From NCBI GenBank assembly GCA_964483175.1, contig CAZAAT010000001.1, positions 7,292 through 71,291 of the forward strand: a stretch of 64,000 bases of DNA. The letters are read 5' to 3'. Position numbers and translations under genes: made by a program. Numbering within the stretch: position 1 is the first letter of the stretch; every line of letters starts with the position of its first letter. The notes beneath the pieces are model-generated. The model saw only the letters and a program-made list of their open reading frames with translations. It ran no database searches and had not been told where the DNA came from. Below, piece by piece: positions 1 through 10,057 of the stretch. The stretch comes from an uncultured Bacilli bacterium. GTDB taxonomy: Bacteria > Bacillota > UBA5301.

Positions 1-636
1 AGCAGGTGGGGGATGACCGCTACCGATAATTACGGCTTAAGCGAGATTGGCGGTCCCGGTTTTGCTGGGGAGTGTCTCTGCCGCTGTGGCATGCACATCT
101 CAGAAGATCACTTCATCGCCGAAATTCTTGATCGCACGGATTTTCAACCACTTGAGCCAGGAGAATATGGGGAGCTGGTAATTACCACCCTGACCAAAGA
201 GGCGCTGCCGATCATCAGGTATCGCACCAAAGACATCACCAGACTATTTACTGAACCATGTGCGTGTGGGCGGACTACCGCTAGAATGGAAAAGGTAACC
301 GGCCGAACCGACGATATGCTCATTATCCGAGGTATTAACGTCTTCCCATCACAGATTGAATCGGTTTTGATGGAGATTAAAGGGGTATCCCCCTTCTATC
401 AGCTGGTTGTCGACCGCCAAGGATACCTTGACACCCTTGAGGTTGATGTGGAATTGCTGCCTGATTACTTCACAGATAATTACGCAGATTTGAAGGCTTT
501 AGAGCACCAAATCGAGAAGAGGCTTTATGCGGTTTTATCGGTTACAGCCAAAGTAAAACTGTTAGAGTATAATTCAATAGAACGAACTACCGGTAAGGCC
601 AAAAGGGTTATCGACAAACGACCGAAACTTGTTTAA
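1..636 (+). CDS. paaK: Phenylacetate-CoA ligase (PaaK family), C-terminal ~210 aa; 5-prime end lies outside the window (frame open from nt 1)
   Basis: Translation YRTKDITRL...GRTDDMLIIRGINVFPSQIE...YQLVVDRQGYLDTLEVDVE matches the conserved C-terminal half of the PaaK/adenylate-forming family. The reading frame continues upstream to position 1 without a stop. Confidence 0.7.
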   Translation, partial: SRWGMTATDNYGLSEIGGPGFAGECLCRCGMHISEDHFIAEILDRTDFQPLEPGEYGELVITTLTKEALPIIRYRTKDITRLFTEPCACGRTTARMEKVTGRTDDMLIIRGINVFPSQIESVLMEIKGVSPFYQLVVDRQGYLDTLEVDVELLPDYFTDNYADLKALEHQIEKRLYAVLSVTAKVKLLEYNSIERTTGKAKRVIDKRPKLV

Positions 637-662
637 CCGTAGAAATATAGGGGGTAACATTT

Positions 663-2402
663 GTGAAAGTACTTCTCTCCGGCAATGAGGCAATCAGCCG
701 CGGCGCCTATGAGGCCAACGTAACGGTGGCAACCGCCTACCCCGGGACACCGAGTACCGAAATTCTCGAAACGATGAAAAAATACCCGGAAATCAAAGCG
801 CAGTGGGCACCCAACGAAAAGGTAGCCCTCGAGGTCGCTATTGGCGCCTCGCTCGGCGGTGCCCGTAGCTTAGTGGCGATGAAACATGTGGGGCTAAATG
901 TGGCAGCCGATCCGTTTTTAACTTTGAGCTATACCGGCGTAGGTGGTGGCCTGGTGCTGGTCTCAGCTGACGACCCAGGTTTGCACAGCTCACAAAATGA
1001 GCAGGACAACCGCCACTATGCTCGTCTAGCGAAAGTCCCGATTCTGGAGCCGTCGAACAGTCAAGAAGCCAAAGACTATGTCGGCATCGCCTTGAAGCTC
1101 AGCGAAGAATTTGAGACCCCGGTGATGTTACGAACCACCACCCGCATCTCACACTCCAAAAGCCTCGTCGAGCTTGGCGAACATCGTTGGTCTTCGCGTG
1201 TGCCATATGAAAAAGATCCGACCAAGTGGGTGATGGTTCCGGCTCATGCCAAATTCCGCCATCTCTTCGTCGAAGCTCGCCTTGAAGATTTAGCCGAATG
1301 GATCTGGAAAAGCAAGCTAAACACCTATGATTTTAACGACCGCTCCATCGGCATCATTACCTCAGGCGTCTCGTATCAGTATGTGAAAGAAGCTCTCCCG
1401 GAGGCTTCAATCCTAAAACTGGGGATTACTTATCCTCTCTGCGAAAAGCAAATCCGGATCTTCGCCAATGAAGTTGAAAAAGTGTATGTGGTCGAAGAGT
1501 TAGATCCATTTTTAGAAGAACAAATCCGTGCGCTAGGCATTGAGGTTACCGGTAAAGAAATCATCCCGAAGACCGGGGAGCTCAGCACTGATATCGTCCG
1601 GAAAGCCTTTTATCCAACGGACTACGAGTTGTTTGGCAACCACCCCAAGCCTTTGGCTAAACGTCCACCGGTACTGTGCGCCGGGTGTCCTCATCGCGCC
1701 AGCATCTATGGGTTAAAGCGTCTGGGAGTAAAGGTCACCGGCGACATCGGCTGCTATACTTTGGGAGCCCTGCCTCCGATCGCCGGAATCGACTCCTGTG
1801 TCTGTATGGGAGCCAGTATCGGTATGGCTGAAGGCTTAACTCTGGCCGATCCAAATTATGCCGGAAACACAGTGGCGGTCATCGGCGACTCGACCTTTTT
1901 GCACTCCGGCATTCAGGGGCTGTTGGACGCCGTTTACAACCAGGCGAAGATCACCGTAGTCATCTTGGATAACCGGACCACCGCCATGACCGGGCACCAA
2001 GACCATCCTGGTACCGGCGTAACCCTCCATGGCGAGCGAACCAAAGCGGTCAACCTGTCCAAGCTGGTCGAAGCCCTCGGGGTGGAGCATGTCGCTGTGG
2101 TCGATCCGCTTAATCAGGAAAAATTCAAAGCCATGGTCGAAGAAGCCCTCGCCTTTGACGGCCCGTCAGTCGTTATCTCGCGACATCCGTGCATCCTCAA
2201 GGTTCGCAAAAGCCGGGACCCGTATTACATCGACCCTGCGCAGTGTACTGGGTGTAACTCTTGTATCCAGATCGGCTGTCCGGCAATCTCAGTCGCCGGG
2301 TGCCATAATGCGATCAACCAGACTGCATGTATAGGCTGTGCTCTCTGTGTACAGATTTGTCCGGAAGGCGCTATTAAGAAAGTAGGTGAAGCCAGTGCCT
2401 AA
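663..2402 (+). CDS. iorA: Indolepyruvate:ferredoxin oxidoreductase alpha subunit (TPP-binding, two C-terminal 4Fe-4S ferredoxin motifs)
   Basis: 579 aa with a GTG start preceded by GGGGGTAA. Contains thiamine-PP binding region GDIGCYTLGA...GDSTFLHSG and two CxxCxxCxxxCP motifs (CTGCNSCIQIGCP, CIGCALCVQICP). Adjacent to iorB and paaK as in known ior loci. Confidence 0.85.
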   Translation: MKVLLSGNEAISRGAYEANVTVATAYPGTPSTEILETMKKYPEIKAQWAPNEKVALEVAIGASLGGARSLVAMKHVGLNVAADPFLTLSYTGVGGGLVLVSADDPGLHSSQNEQDNRHYARLAKVPILEPSNSQEAKDYVGIALKLSEEFETPVMLRTTTRISHSKSLVELGEHRWSSRVPYEKDPTKWVMVPAHAKFRHLFVEARLEDLAEWIWKSKLNTYDFNDRSIGIITSGVSYQYVKEALPEASILKLGITYPLCEKQIRIFANEVEKVYVVEELDPFLEEQIRALGIEVTGKEIIPKTGELSTDIVRKAFYPTDYELFGNHPKPLAKRPPVLCAGCPHRASIYGLKRLGVKVTGDIGCYTLGALPPIAGIDSCVCMGASIGMAEGLTLADPNYAGNTVAVIGDSTFLHSGIQGLLDAVYNQAKITVVILDNRTTAMTGHQDHPGTGVTLHGERTKAVNLSKLVEALGVEHVAVVDPLNQEKFKAMVEEALAFDGPSVVISRHPCILKVRKSRDPYYIDPAQCTGCNSCIQIGCPAISVAGCHNAINQTACIGCALCVQICPEGAIKKVGEASA

Positions 2403-3000
2403 GGTAACTAATATCGCTCTCGTTGGTGTCGGTGGCCAAGGAATCATCCTAGCAGGTAAAGTTCTTGCTCAAGCCGCGGTAAACGCTGGCTTTGACGTTA
2501 AAGTCGCAGAAATCCATGGGATGGCGCAACGTGGTGGCAGCGTCATTACCCAGGTTCGTTATGGGGAAGCAGTCTTTGCCCCAACCTTTGGGGACGGAAC
2601 CGCTGATTATCTAGTGGCCTTTGAACGATTAGAAGCTCTACGGCATTTCCCGTTACTATCTGATGAAGGAGTCTTACTGCTTAGTGACACGATGCTGCAG
2701 CCGATAACCACCGCCACCGGAATGGCAGCCTATCCCAGAGATATCATTGAGCAGCTTACAGAAAAATGCCCTCAGTTTGCTAGCTTTAGCGCTGAGTTTG
2801 CGGCTGAAAAACTAGGCAACGTTAAAGTAGCCAACATCCTCATGCTGGGCATCCTCTCGACTTATCTTAGAGATATCCCGGAGACAGCCTGGCAGGAGGC
2901 TATTGACCAACTTATTCCAGAGAAGTTTCTTGAGCTAAACAAGCAAGCTTTCGCCGCCGGGGTAGATCTGGCTGCCCAACAAAAAGAAGCCGCAGTTTAG
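2386..3000 (+). CDS. iorB: Indolepyruvate:ferredoxin oxidoreductase beta subunit
   Basis: 204 aa; N-terminus IALVGVGGQGIILAGKVLAQAA (pyruvate/ketoisovalerate oxidoreductase gamma-like fold). Overlaps iorA stop by 17 nt. Confidence 0.8.
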   Translation: MKPVPKVTNIALVGVGGQGIILAGKVLAQAAVNAGFDVKVAEIHGMAQRGGSVITQVRYGEAVFAPTFGDGTADYLVAFERLEALRHFPLLSDEGVLLLSDTMLQPITTATGMAAYPRDIIEQLTEKCPQFASFSAEFAAEKLGNVKVANILMLGILSTYLRDIPETAWQEAIDQLIPEKFLELNKQAFAAGVDLAAQQKEAAV

Positions 3001-3013
3001 ATTCACTAGTCTT

Positions 3014-3044
3014 GGCCGGCAGACAACCTGCCGGCCTTTACAAT
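3014..3044. terminator. Intrinsic terminator hairpin between iorB (+) and the minus-strand ger operon
   Basis: Perfect 9-bp inverted repeat GGCCGGCAG-acaac-CTGCCGGCC followed by TTTACAATTTT; A-rich on the other side. Sits just after iorB stop. Confidence 0.55.
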
Positions 3045-3268
3045 TTTATCAGTTCGAAAAAGCCCGGAAAGATTGCTTTATACAGGTTGGTAATAGCCGT
3101 TCCGTGTGGCGGCCAAGGCTTACCAATCATAATGAGCAGGTTCATGACAAAGCCGATCACCAACAAGATGCCAAAGACCACCAGTTCCCGCCAATATTTT
3201 CGGTGGATCAAACCGGGGACTTCAAATAGCGCTATTAGCACAAAGGTCAGTACCAACAAAATTATCAT
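3038..3268 (-). CDS. Small hydrophobic membrane protein (2 predicted TM helices), last gene of the ger operon; function unknown
   Basis: 76 aa with mostly hydrophobic/aromatic composition. Start overlaps the gerAB-type gene stop by 4 nt (translational coupling). Competing plus-strand ORF 3012..3317 is low-complexity and judged spurious. Confidence 0.35.
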   Translation of the reverse strand: MIILLVLTFVLIALFEVPGLIHRKYWRELVVFGILLVIGFVMNLLIMIGKPWPPHGTAITNLYKAIFPGFFELIKL

Positions 3269-3269
3269 T

Positions 3270-4361
3270 CTACTCCTTGCTCTCCTTGGGCAGCTTGCGA
3301 ATGATCGCGATTACTAAGGTCAACAGCGGTATTCCGAATTCATAAATCGGGTGCCGCAAGAGCATAGTTTTGTAGACAAACTCCATATATTCTGAGGTAT
3401 TAATAAAGTTATTGGCAAATAAGGCCACCAGAATCGCGCCGATCGGCAGTACCAGAGGTAGATATGACCGGAGACCCAGGATCTGGGCCAGCCCTAGACA
3501 GGTACAATAGTAAAATACTGAGAGTTTAAGAAAACCTGTCATCAAAAACTCAAAAGCAACCAGCAGCTCCAGACGAGTAAACGTTTCACCGTAATTGATC
3601 CGGCGCGCCGCAGTAAAAGAGGGATAGACATACATGCCTGCATCCGGGCCGAGAACAGCGGTATTGCGGGCAGTAATGAGCGCCAAGAATAATCCGACAA
3701 AGACGATCCCCTTTAAGACTGCACGCCGACCTTCATGCTGATCATTTAGAAATGGCATGACCATTAAAAAGACGACCGTCTCGGCCAAGGGGAAAACTGT
3801 GGCATCATGAGCAGCCAAGAACAACCGCAGGAGCGGGGTCTCCAGTATCGGTTCTATATATTCCGGATGGACCTCTTTGAACAGTAGTACGGTGACCCCG
3901 ACAATGCTGACCACTACCAACGGTACCAAGATCTGGCTGCAGCGAGCGATAACCTCAATGCCATTACGAACAGCCGTAGCGCAAACCAATAATAAGGCAG
4001 CTGCAATGACCCAACGAGGTGTCTCAGGCATCACGATGTTGATAAACTTCGTACAATCCCACATCACCAGTGACCCAAGAAATAGGAAAAACCAGACATA
4101 TAGCGCGGCAACTACCGTACCCAAATACTTGCCATAGACAGTGGTCCCAATCTCCACCAAATTTTGACCTTTAAACCGACGGGCTAAGGCTAGAAAAACC
4201 AGGGCAAAAAGTACCGCCTCAACAATTGCCACTAGAATAGCAATCCAGGCATCCCGCTCCGCCAGCCTAGCCGGGGGGACTATCAGGGCACTGCCAAAGA
4301 TAAAGCCAATTGCTAAGGTGGTCAATTGAGCGCCGGAAATAAGACCCTGTTCTAATTTCAT
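3270..4361 (-). CDS. Spore germination protein, GerAB/GerKB family (amino-acid-permease-like integral membrane subunit)
   Basis: 363 aa multi-TM protein with Spore_permease-like N-terminus MKLEQGLISGAQLTTLAIGFIFGSALIV. Downstream of GerAA and GerAC homologues. Confidence 0.8.
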   Translation of the reverse strand: MKLEQGLISGAQLTTLAIGFIFGSALIVPPARLAERDAWIAILVAIVEAVLFALVFLALARRFKGQNLVEIGTTVYGKYLGTVVAALYVWFFLFLGSLVMWDCTKFINIVMPETPRWVIAAALLLVCATAVRNGIEVIARCSQILVPLVVVSIVGVTVLLFKEVHPEYIEPILETPLLRLFLAAHDATVFPLAETVVFLMVMPFLNDQHEGRRAVLKGIVFVGLFLALITARNTAVLGPDAGMYVYPSFTAARRINYGETFTRLELLVAFEFLMTGFLKLSVFYYCTCLGLAQILGLRSYLPLVLPIGAILVALFANNFINTSEYMEFVYKTMLLRHPIYEFGIPLLTLVIAIIRKLPKESKE

Positions 4362-4375
4362 AGTTACTACACCCT

Positions 4376-5524
4376 TTATTGAGGCCAGACCGGATTAGTT
4401 GTCAACCCAATCGACTTTACCTCGGACTGGACCTCGATTTGGACATCAATATTGGGAAAGACCTCATCCCATCTTGGCTCAAGCTCCTTCCACGCCTTAG
4501 GAAACTTACGGTGAACGGCCTCGGCAAACTCAAAAACATCGGTGTTCCACTGTTTTGCCTGTTCCACCGCTTGCATAATCTCGTTGCGCACCACGGTGGC
4601 CTGCCTGCGCCTAAGCGAAGCCATAAACAGCGGAGTGGTTAGCTCGGTAACACCCGTCTGGCCACCGAGGTTACTGGAAATCGCTACCTCGATAGTGATG
4701 GAAACCTGTCCATCCTTGACCAACGGAGTAATCTTGGTCGTGGAGTCAATAATTTCGAGACTAGCTTTACCGCTGCCAGGGGAATCAACCACAATGATCC
4801 CGCCTTCTAACCGGTTAGTCACAAAAAGCATCCCACGGGTCTGGGCCCTATCAAAGTTTCCGATAAGCCTGCCCTCTTTAAAGACAGAAGTGCCAATAAT
4901 ACGCGCCTTTCTTTGACCCTTTTCTTCGTAAACTTCCACATGCGAGGCGTGGGCAGCAGTAGTTTTGCTCGCCAACATCTGGACAAACTCCGAAAATTTC
5001 CTGACGCAAGCCAGACCGGTAGCCTTATAGGTTATCGCTAGCTTTGCCAGACCCAAGGCCGGTATCTGCTCGAGATTAGGCTCTGCCTCGAGCAAATCTT
5101 TGGCTTTCCCAGCCGCGATCAGAATACTCATATCTGCACGTGGTTCCGGATCGCGGGCAAAAAAATCTAATAGAGGTCTGATATCCTGCTGCGCGGCAAG
5201 CTCATGACCGATGATTACGACCTTGGCATGCGGAAAATAGAGTTCCCGGTCGAACTCCGTGGTTGCTAGGCGCACCGACTCAAATGGGGTGTATCCGGGG
5301 GCACCCACATTTAAATAAGCAGCCTCGCTACTTGACCCTTGGATTTGTCCCGGTTTAATTACTTGCGAGGTAATCAAAATTTTGTCCGGTTCATCCGCCA
5401 GGTCAATGGCGATCCCCGCTACAATGGCCAAATCGTTAAGTTCACGATAATCCCAGCACCCGGTCAACACTAAAGTAAGCGGGAGGATTAGGATGATCGG
5501 TAGCAGCACGCGAAACTCGCTCAC
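4376..5524 (-). CDS. Spore germination protein, GerAC family lipoprotein
   Basis: 382 aa with N-terminal lipoprotein signal and lipobox LTGC. Ger(x)C-like; overlaps GerAA-type gene by 4 nt. Confidence 0.8.
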   Translation of the reverse strand: MSEFRVLLPIILILPLTLVLTGCWDYRELNDLAIVAGIAIDLADEPDKILITSQVIKPGQIQGSSSEAAYLNVGAPGYTPFESVRLATTEFDRELYFPHAKVVIIGHELAAQQDIRPLLDFFARDPEPRADMSILIAAGKAKDLLEAEPNLEQIPALGLAKLAITYKATGLACVRKFSEFVQMLASKTTAAHASHVEVYEEKGQRKARIIGTSVFKEGRLIGNFDRAQTRGMLFVTNRLEGGIIVVDSPGSGKASLEIIDSTTKITPLVKDGQVSITIEVAISSNLGGQTGVTELTTPLFMASLRRRQATVVRNEIMQAVEQAKQWNTDVFEFAEAVHRKFPKAWKELEPRWDEVFPNIDVQIEVQSEVKSIGLTTNPVWPQ

Positions 5525-7128
5525 GATTCACCCCCGCCCTTGTGATTAGGAGGAGCCGGCATTTGCCCTGTGTCTTGCCGTTGGGGGTCACGCCAGCCAA
5601 CCAACCGTGGTCTATATCTCATCGTCCACAATGGTGCGCGGACAAGAACATCCTTAAGATCACCAGTACTTAGGGGCGCTAAGGGGCTAAGAAACGGTGT
5701 CCCAAACGAGCGCAACGAAGCCAGATGTACCAACAGTGCCATCAGAGCCAGCATGAGTCCATAACCGCCTAAGATTCCCGCTGCTACAGTAAAACTGAAC
5801 CGTAAAAAGACCCCTGAGTCTGTCTGTGGTGGATTCACAAAGGAGGCAACTACCGTTAAAGCGACTATGATAACCATTAACGGTGCAATTAATCTCGCCG
5901 AGACAGCAGCTTCACCGATCACCAGCGCTCCGACGATGCTTACCGCTTGCCCTACCGGGCGCGGCATGCGAACACCAGCCTCGCGCAATATTTCAAAAAC
6001 CGCTCCCATGACCAGAGCCTCAATAACTACCGGGAAAGGTATCCCATCGCGCGCGGCGGACATAGCCAGCAGCAAAGGGGTCGGAATTATCTCCTGGTGA
6101 TAAGTCGTCAAAGCTACATAGATAGCGGGGAGCAGGATGCTAATAAAAAAAGAAAGATACCTCAGCCAGCGGATGCCCGTGCTGTAATAGGGGCGCGAAT
6201 AATAGTCTTCTGGACTCTGAAAACTTTCCACAAACAAATACGGGACAGTAAGTACAATGGGGGTATTGTCACAAAATATTGCCACTCGACCTTCGAGTAG
6301 CTTAGCCTCCACGACGTCTGGCCGTTCGCTGTTACCGATCGTCGGAAAAATTGAGAATGGAGCATCTTCGATGAATTCTTCGATGTAACCCGATTCGATA
6401 ATCGTGTCTGTCTTGATGCTCTGTATTCTGCGTCTAACCTCTTCGACCAGTTTCGGATTGGCTATACCCTTAAGGTAGACAATGTCAACCTCGGTCTTTT
6501 CAGTTTCACCAACATACAGGTACTCAACCCTCAGATCCGGACTACGCAGACGTTTCCGCAACAAACCTACATTTAACCGAATGCTCTCGACAAAACCCTC
6601 GCGCGGACCCCGCACCACACTCTCTGTATCTGGCTCTCCGATATTCCGATGAGGCCATTCCAGAGAAGTAATACTAATGGCTTCGCAGGTGTGGTCAACT
6701 AACAGTATGGTATTACCGTCAATAATCTGATCGATGATTTGGCTAAATCGATTAACTACTTTTAGCTCGGCACCGGCTATTTGTGATTGTAAAGCGGTAA
6801 TCAAGTCGGGAGGCGAAAATTTCCCTGCATATAAGGATTCAATATTGGTCAGTAAAGGCCGGAGGACCGCCTCTGTATTTGGATCACTACTAAGCTTGCC
6901 GCAAAGCGTAATCGTGGCTGCTTTGCACGGATTATCGGTCTTTAACTCAAACCGGCGAACAATCAAGTCGTCAGTATTGGCCAAACCCTCTTGGATTATC
7001 TGCAGATTATGTTCAAGACTCTTCGAGAGAAGGTCGGCACTATCGGAGCTTTGTTGGTTATCTCCCTTACCGCTAACCTGCCCTAACAGCTGCCAAAATT
7101 TAAGTTTTCGCCAGAGCATGCGAAACAT
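5521..7128 (-). CDS. Spore germination protein, GerAA family (A subunit of germinant receptor)
   Basis: 535 aa with large N-terminal soluble domain and C-terminal multi-TM region typical of GerA/GerKA. Heads an A-C-B operon. Confidence 0.8.
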   Translation of the reverse strand: MFRMLWRKLKFWQLLGQVSGKGDNQQSSDSADLLSKSLEHNLQIIQEGLANTDDLIVRRFELKTDNPCKAATITLCGKLSSDPNTEAVLRPLLTNIESLYAGKFSPPDLITALQSQIAGAELKVVNRFSQIIDQIIDGNTILLVDHTCEAISITSLEWPHRNIGEPDTESVVRGPREGFVESIRLNVGLLRKRLRSPDLRVEYLYVGETEKTEVDIVYLKGIANPKLVEEVRRRIQSIKTDTIIESGYIEEFIEDAPFSIFPTIGNSERPDVVEAKLLEGRVAIFCDNTPIVLTVPYLFVESFQSPEDYYSRPYYSTGIRWLRYLSFFISILLPAIYVALTTYHQEIIPTPLLLAMSAARDGIPFPVVIEALVMGAVFEILREAGVRMPRPVGQAVSIVGALVIGEAAVSARLIAPLMVIIVALTVVASFVNPPQTDSGVFLRFSFTVAAGILGGYGLMLALMALLVHLASLRSFGTPFLSPLAPLSTGDLKDVLVRAPLWTMRYRPRLVGWRDPQRQDTGQMPAPPNHKGGGES

Positions 7129-7197
7129 AAATTACCTCCATTTGTCCAGTATTACCAGTTGATAGGCTGATAATACCAACGGAGGTTAATATCGGAG

Positions 7198-7656
7198 TTA
7201 GGGCCGATAGTAGTGGTGCTCTAAGACCTTAAAGAGGGGTACTCCCAATAATAGAACTACTACAGCTTCACTGATGCCGATACTCAAGACCATGGCCCAA
7301 TATGGCAGGGTGAAGATATAGTGTAAGTATAAGCTAATCAGAAAGGCATTGAGGACAATTGGCGAGAGAATAGCGATGACCGGTTTGGCCCGAAAACGCC
7401 AGGTGATATAGGCCGCTAACAGGGTTACCAGGCTGCCGCCGAAGACATCCCAAAGGCCTAAACCGCCCAGGAGATTGGCCAGCAACACACCTACGAACAA
7501 GCCCGGAACCGCTTCGGCGTAGATCATCGGCAATAACGTGAGGGCCTCGGCCAAGCGAAACTGGATCGGCCCAAAACTTATCGGCGCCAACAGCCAGACT
7601 AGGATAACATAAAGGGCAGCGATAATCGCCGCCCGTAATAATCCGCGTAAAGGCAT
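7198..7656 (-). CDS. QueT-like small integral membrane protein (queuosine-precursor ECF S-component family); assignment tentative
   Basis: 152 aa with 5 hydrophobic segments; motif ...ISFGPIQFRLAEALTLLP... resembles the QueT family. Only 18 nt downstream of degV with no room for a preQ1 riboswitch. Confidence 0.4.
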   Translation of the reverse strand: MPLRGLLRAAIIAALYVILVWLLAPISFGPIQFRLAEALTLLPMIYAEAVPGLFVGVLLANLLGGLGLWDVFGGSLVTLLAAYITWRFRAKPVIAILSPIVLNAFLISLYLHYIFTLPYWAMVLSIGISEAVVVLLLGVPLFKVLEHHYYRP

Positions 7657-7674
7657 TTCTCCAAATCCTACTTT

Positions 7675-8517
7675 CTAGTAATAAGCAATCGCCAGCGCAC
7701 CCGGTCCAACATGGGTGCCAAGTACTGCTCCAGCCTCGGTCACGGGGGGCAACTCGGTCAAACCTAGTTTTTCCTTTAACAGCAGTCTTAATTCTGCTGC
7801 CTTTTCTGGCGCAGCCGTATGGATTACCCCGATCCGGATCTTACCGCGGGTCTTAAGCGCCTCCTCTGCTAGCTCAACGAGTTTATTCATCACCTGCTTC
7901 TGTGAACGAACTCGTGCAAAGGGAACCAAACCGCCATTTTCAATAGTAATAATCGGTTTGAAATTGAGCATAGTTCCCAAAAATGCTGCAACCTTGCCGA
8001 TCCTGCCTCCCTTGTACAAGTACTCAAGGGTATCGATAGCAAAGTAGAGCTTTACCTGGGCACCAATCTCCCGGATCAAGGTGACAATATCATCAAGATC
8101 CCAGCCTTTGGCAGCGGCCTCGGCAGCTGCTATCACTTGCCACCCCAAACTGAGGGTGACATTAGCAGAATCGATAACCTCAACTTGCCCCGCGGGGACA
8201 GAAAGTTTGGCCAAACTCGCACTCTGAAAGGTTCCTGATAATACAGATGAGAGGTGGATTGAAACCACTTTTTTGCCCTCGGAAATCAACTTCTCATACA
8301 GACGGACAAATTCACCGACAGCCGGCTGGGAAGTCGTCGGTGTCTCTACCGACTCAGTTAACATGGGGAAGAATGTCTCCGGTGGAAGCTCTACGCCATC
8401 TTGATATGACTTGCTCCCGAAATGAACGTAAAGCGGTACTACGTGGATCTCGTATTTTTCTAGGTACTCGGCTGGAACATCTGCTGTACTGTCTGTCACA
8501 ATGGCTACGCGAGACAA
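7675..8517 (-). CDS. degV: DegV family fatty-acid-binding protein
   Basis: DegV signature (R)VAIVTDSTADVP near the N-terminus. The longest ORF starts at GTG 8541 but lacks an RBS. AAGGAGG lies 8 nt before a TTG at 8517, which gives the typical M-x-x-IAIVTDS N-terminus, so 8517 is preferred. Confidence 0.75.
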   Translation of the reverse strand: MSRVAIVTDSTADVPAEYLEKYEIHVVPLYVHFGSKSYQDGVELPPETFFPMLTESVETPTTSQPAVGEFVRLYEKLISEGKKVVSIHLSSVLSGTFQSASLAKLSVPAGQVEVIDSANVTLSLGWQVIAAAEAAAKGWDLDDIVTLIREIGAQVKLYFAIDTLEYLYKGGRIGKVAAFLGTMLNFKPIITIENGGLVPFARVRSQKQVMNKLVELAEEALKTRGKIRIGVIHTAAPEKAAELRLLLKEKLGLTELPPVTEAGAVLGTHVGPGALAIAYY

Positions 8518-8621
8518 GCCAAAAACCTCCTTGGACAACACTAATAGCTTTTTTATTCATCAATACCTAGGCGAATACCTGCAAGCCGACCGGGACAGGA
8601 ATAAAGTAGAAAGGAGAGACA

Positions 8622-9014
8622 ATGATGAGAAGCGTACTTGCCTATTTCCCTTCATCCCAAAAAGCCCAAGCGGTCGCCGAGATCCTAACTCAAAAAGGCT
8701 ATGAAACCCAGATCGACTCGGTTCATAAGTATGCCGGCGAGGGGACCACTACACAAATGAACCCACTCACCGGACGCTTCGCTTCACTGGCCAGCCTGAG
8801 CCTTGGCCTTAACCCTGACGATCTGTATACCAATGATGACCACCAATACATCGGCCAGGCATTAGCTGCCGATCCTGCCGCCAGCGGAATGGCCGGATCG
8901 CCCGAGTCCGAGCCGATAGATCAGGGGCATTGGCAATTGACGGTAGTAGTCAAAGATGACGCTGATGCTGAACAGGTGAATAGAATTTGCGAAGAGCACG
9001 GGGCGCTCTTTTAG
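8622..9014 (+). CDS. Hypothetical protein (130 aa, acidic, no recognisable domain)
   Basis: Strong RBS GAAAGGAGAG 6 nt upstream of ATG. Stop overlaps the stop of the convergent gene 9011..10057 by 4 nt. Confidence 0.5.
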   Translation: MMRSVLAYFPSSQKAQAVAEILTQKGYETQIDSVHKYAGEGTTTQMNPLTGRFASLASLSLGLNPDDLYTNDDHQYIGQALAADPAASGMAGSPESEPIDQGHWQLTVVVKDDADAEQVNRICEEHGALF

Positions 9015-10057
9015 ATTGCCGGCAGGGGAAGAAATCCGCCTCCTGCTAACAAACCAAAAGATCCGGAAAGCATCATGTCACCACAGGGAACAGCAAAATA
9101 ATAGCCCAAACCCTCTACCATCGCCCGGTTGGGGCCGGTGACAACTATCTGATCAAAACAGCCGGGGGGTAGCTGTGCAAATTCCGGTCGCAGGGATGCG
9201 CCATGCCCCCCGTCATCATAGATTTCCTGGTGGGTTAGTTCTCCCACTTGCATCTTTTTGAGGAATTTGATCAGTTTCTCCGGGGTCAATTTCCGTGTAT
9301 GGTGCTCTAATAAGCCCCAAATCTGCTCTCCCCGGACCAAGAAAGCAATGGTATGTCCATTGCCGATGTTTAACAAGGTAAAGCCGTTGGCCTGCTTGGC
9401 TCTTACCACTGGATCGCAAAGCGCTCCCCACACAGCGGCCCCACCGGTATCCATTAAAACTGCACCGGGAACAGTTTCTTGTACCGACCGCATCCGATTA
9501 TAAACTTCGGGAACCTCCCGGTAAACTAAGTCTTTTAACCATCCACCACGCTCCAGAAAATCACGCCACAGCTTAAAACGAAAATCCCGATTGCTCTGGT
9601 TGGGTGCAAAACCATGATCCTGAACAGCAACGGCAAATTGCTTCGGCAGACTAATGCCAAAAGGTTCTAACCCCGCCTGTAAAGCTGTTAGATCAATATC
9701 CGCCATCCAAACCCGTTCGACATCAGATGGTAGCTCCTGGACGATTTGTACTCCAGACTCCTCTACCTCTTCAAGGTTATCCCCGATTGTCAAGGCAGCT
9801 TTTTCGGTGGCATAGACCGGCAGACCGGCCGCCAAGTGCTGGCGCACCGCCTTAGAACATGGTCCACCGCCCATGGTTACACCTCCAAGACCAAGTGGCC
9901 TGCCTTTCTGGGTGATCTGCTTAATCCGATTGGCGACCAAAACCGTTGGGGAGGGGAGCACCATTTTCACACAGTTTTCTACCGGAATACCTGGCTCATA
10001 AATGATAATATCTTGGGTCCCAGTCCCGACATCAATTGCCATCACTCGATCCATCAA
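9011..10057 (-). CDS. DUF1786-like protein (ASKHA/acetate-kinase-like fold; putative sugar or acid kinase/activase of unknown substrate)
   Basis: 348 aa; N-terminal phosphate-1 like motif AIDVGTGTQDIIIY and later DTGGAAVWGAL, reminiscent of ASKHA superfamily ATPases. Assignment from memory only. Confidence 0.4.
   Translation of the reverse strand: MMDRVMAIDVGTGTQDIIIYEPGIPVENCVKMVLPSPTVLVANRIKQITQKGRPLGLGGVTMGGGPCSKAVRQHLAAGLPVYATEKAALTIGDNLEEVEESGVQIVQELPSDVERVWMADIDLTALQAGLEPFGISLPKQFAVAVQDHGFAPNQSNRDFRFKLWRDFLERGGWLKDLVYREVPEVYNRMRSVQETVPGAVLMDTGGAAVWGALCDPVVRAKQANGFTLLNIGNGHTIAFLVRGEQIWGLLEHHTRKLTPEKLIKFLKKMQVGELTHQEIYDDGGHGASLRPEFAQLPPGCFDQIVVTGPNRAMVEGLGYYFAVPCGDMMLSGSFGLLAGGGFLPLPAI

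Noticed and set aside
1836-2334. ORFs 1836..2090 (-) and 2029..2334 (+) inside iorA
   Set aside because: Entirely embedded in or antisense to a well-supported TPP/ferredoxin-domain gene. The translations are low-complexity (Ser/Arg/Pro-rich) with no RBS.
3012-3317. Plus-strand 101-aa ORF overlapping the small minus-strand membrane ORF
   Set aside because: Low-complexity K/S/T-rich translation. It begins inside the iorB terminator hairpin. The antisense hydrophobic ORF is coupled to the ger operon and is more plausible.
7129-7197. Sigma-G-type promoter upstream of the gerA-like operon
   Set aside because: This is expected biologically, but the 69-nt region shows no clear gHATR-17/18-CATnnTA match by eye, so it is not reported as a feature.
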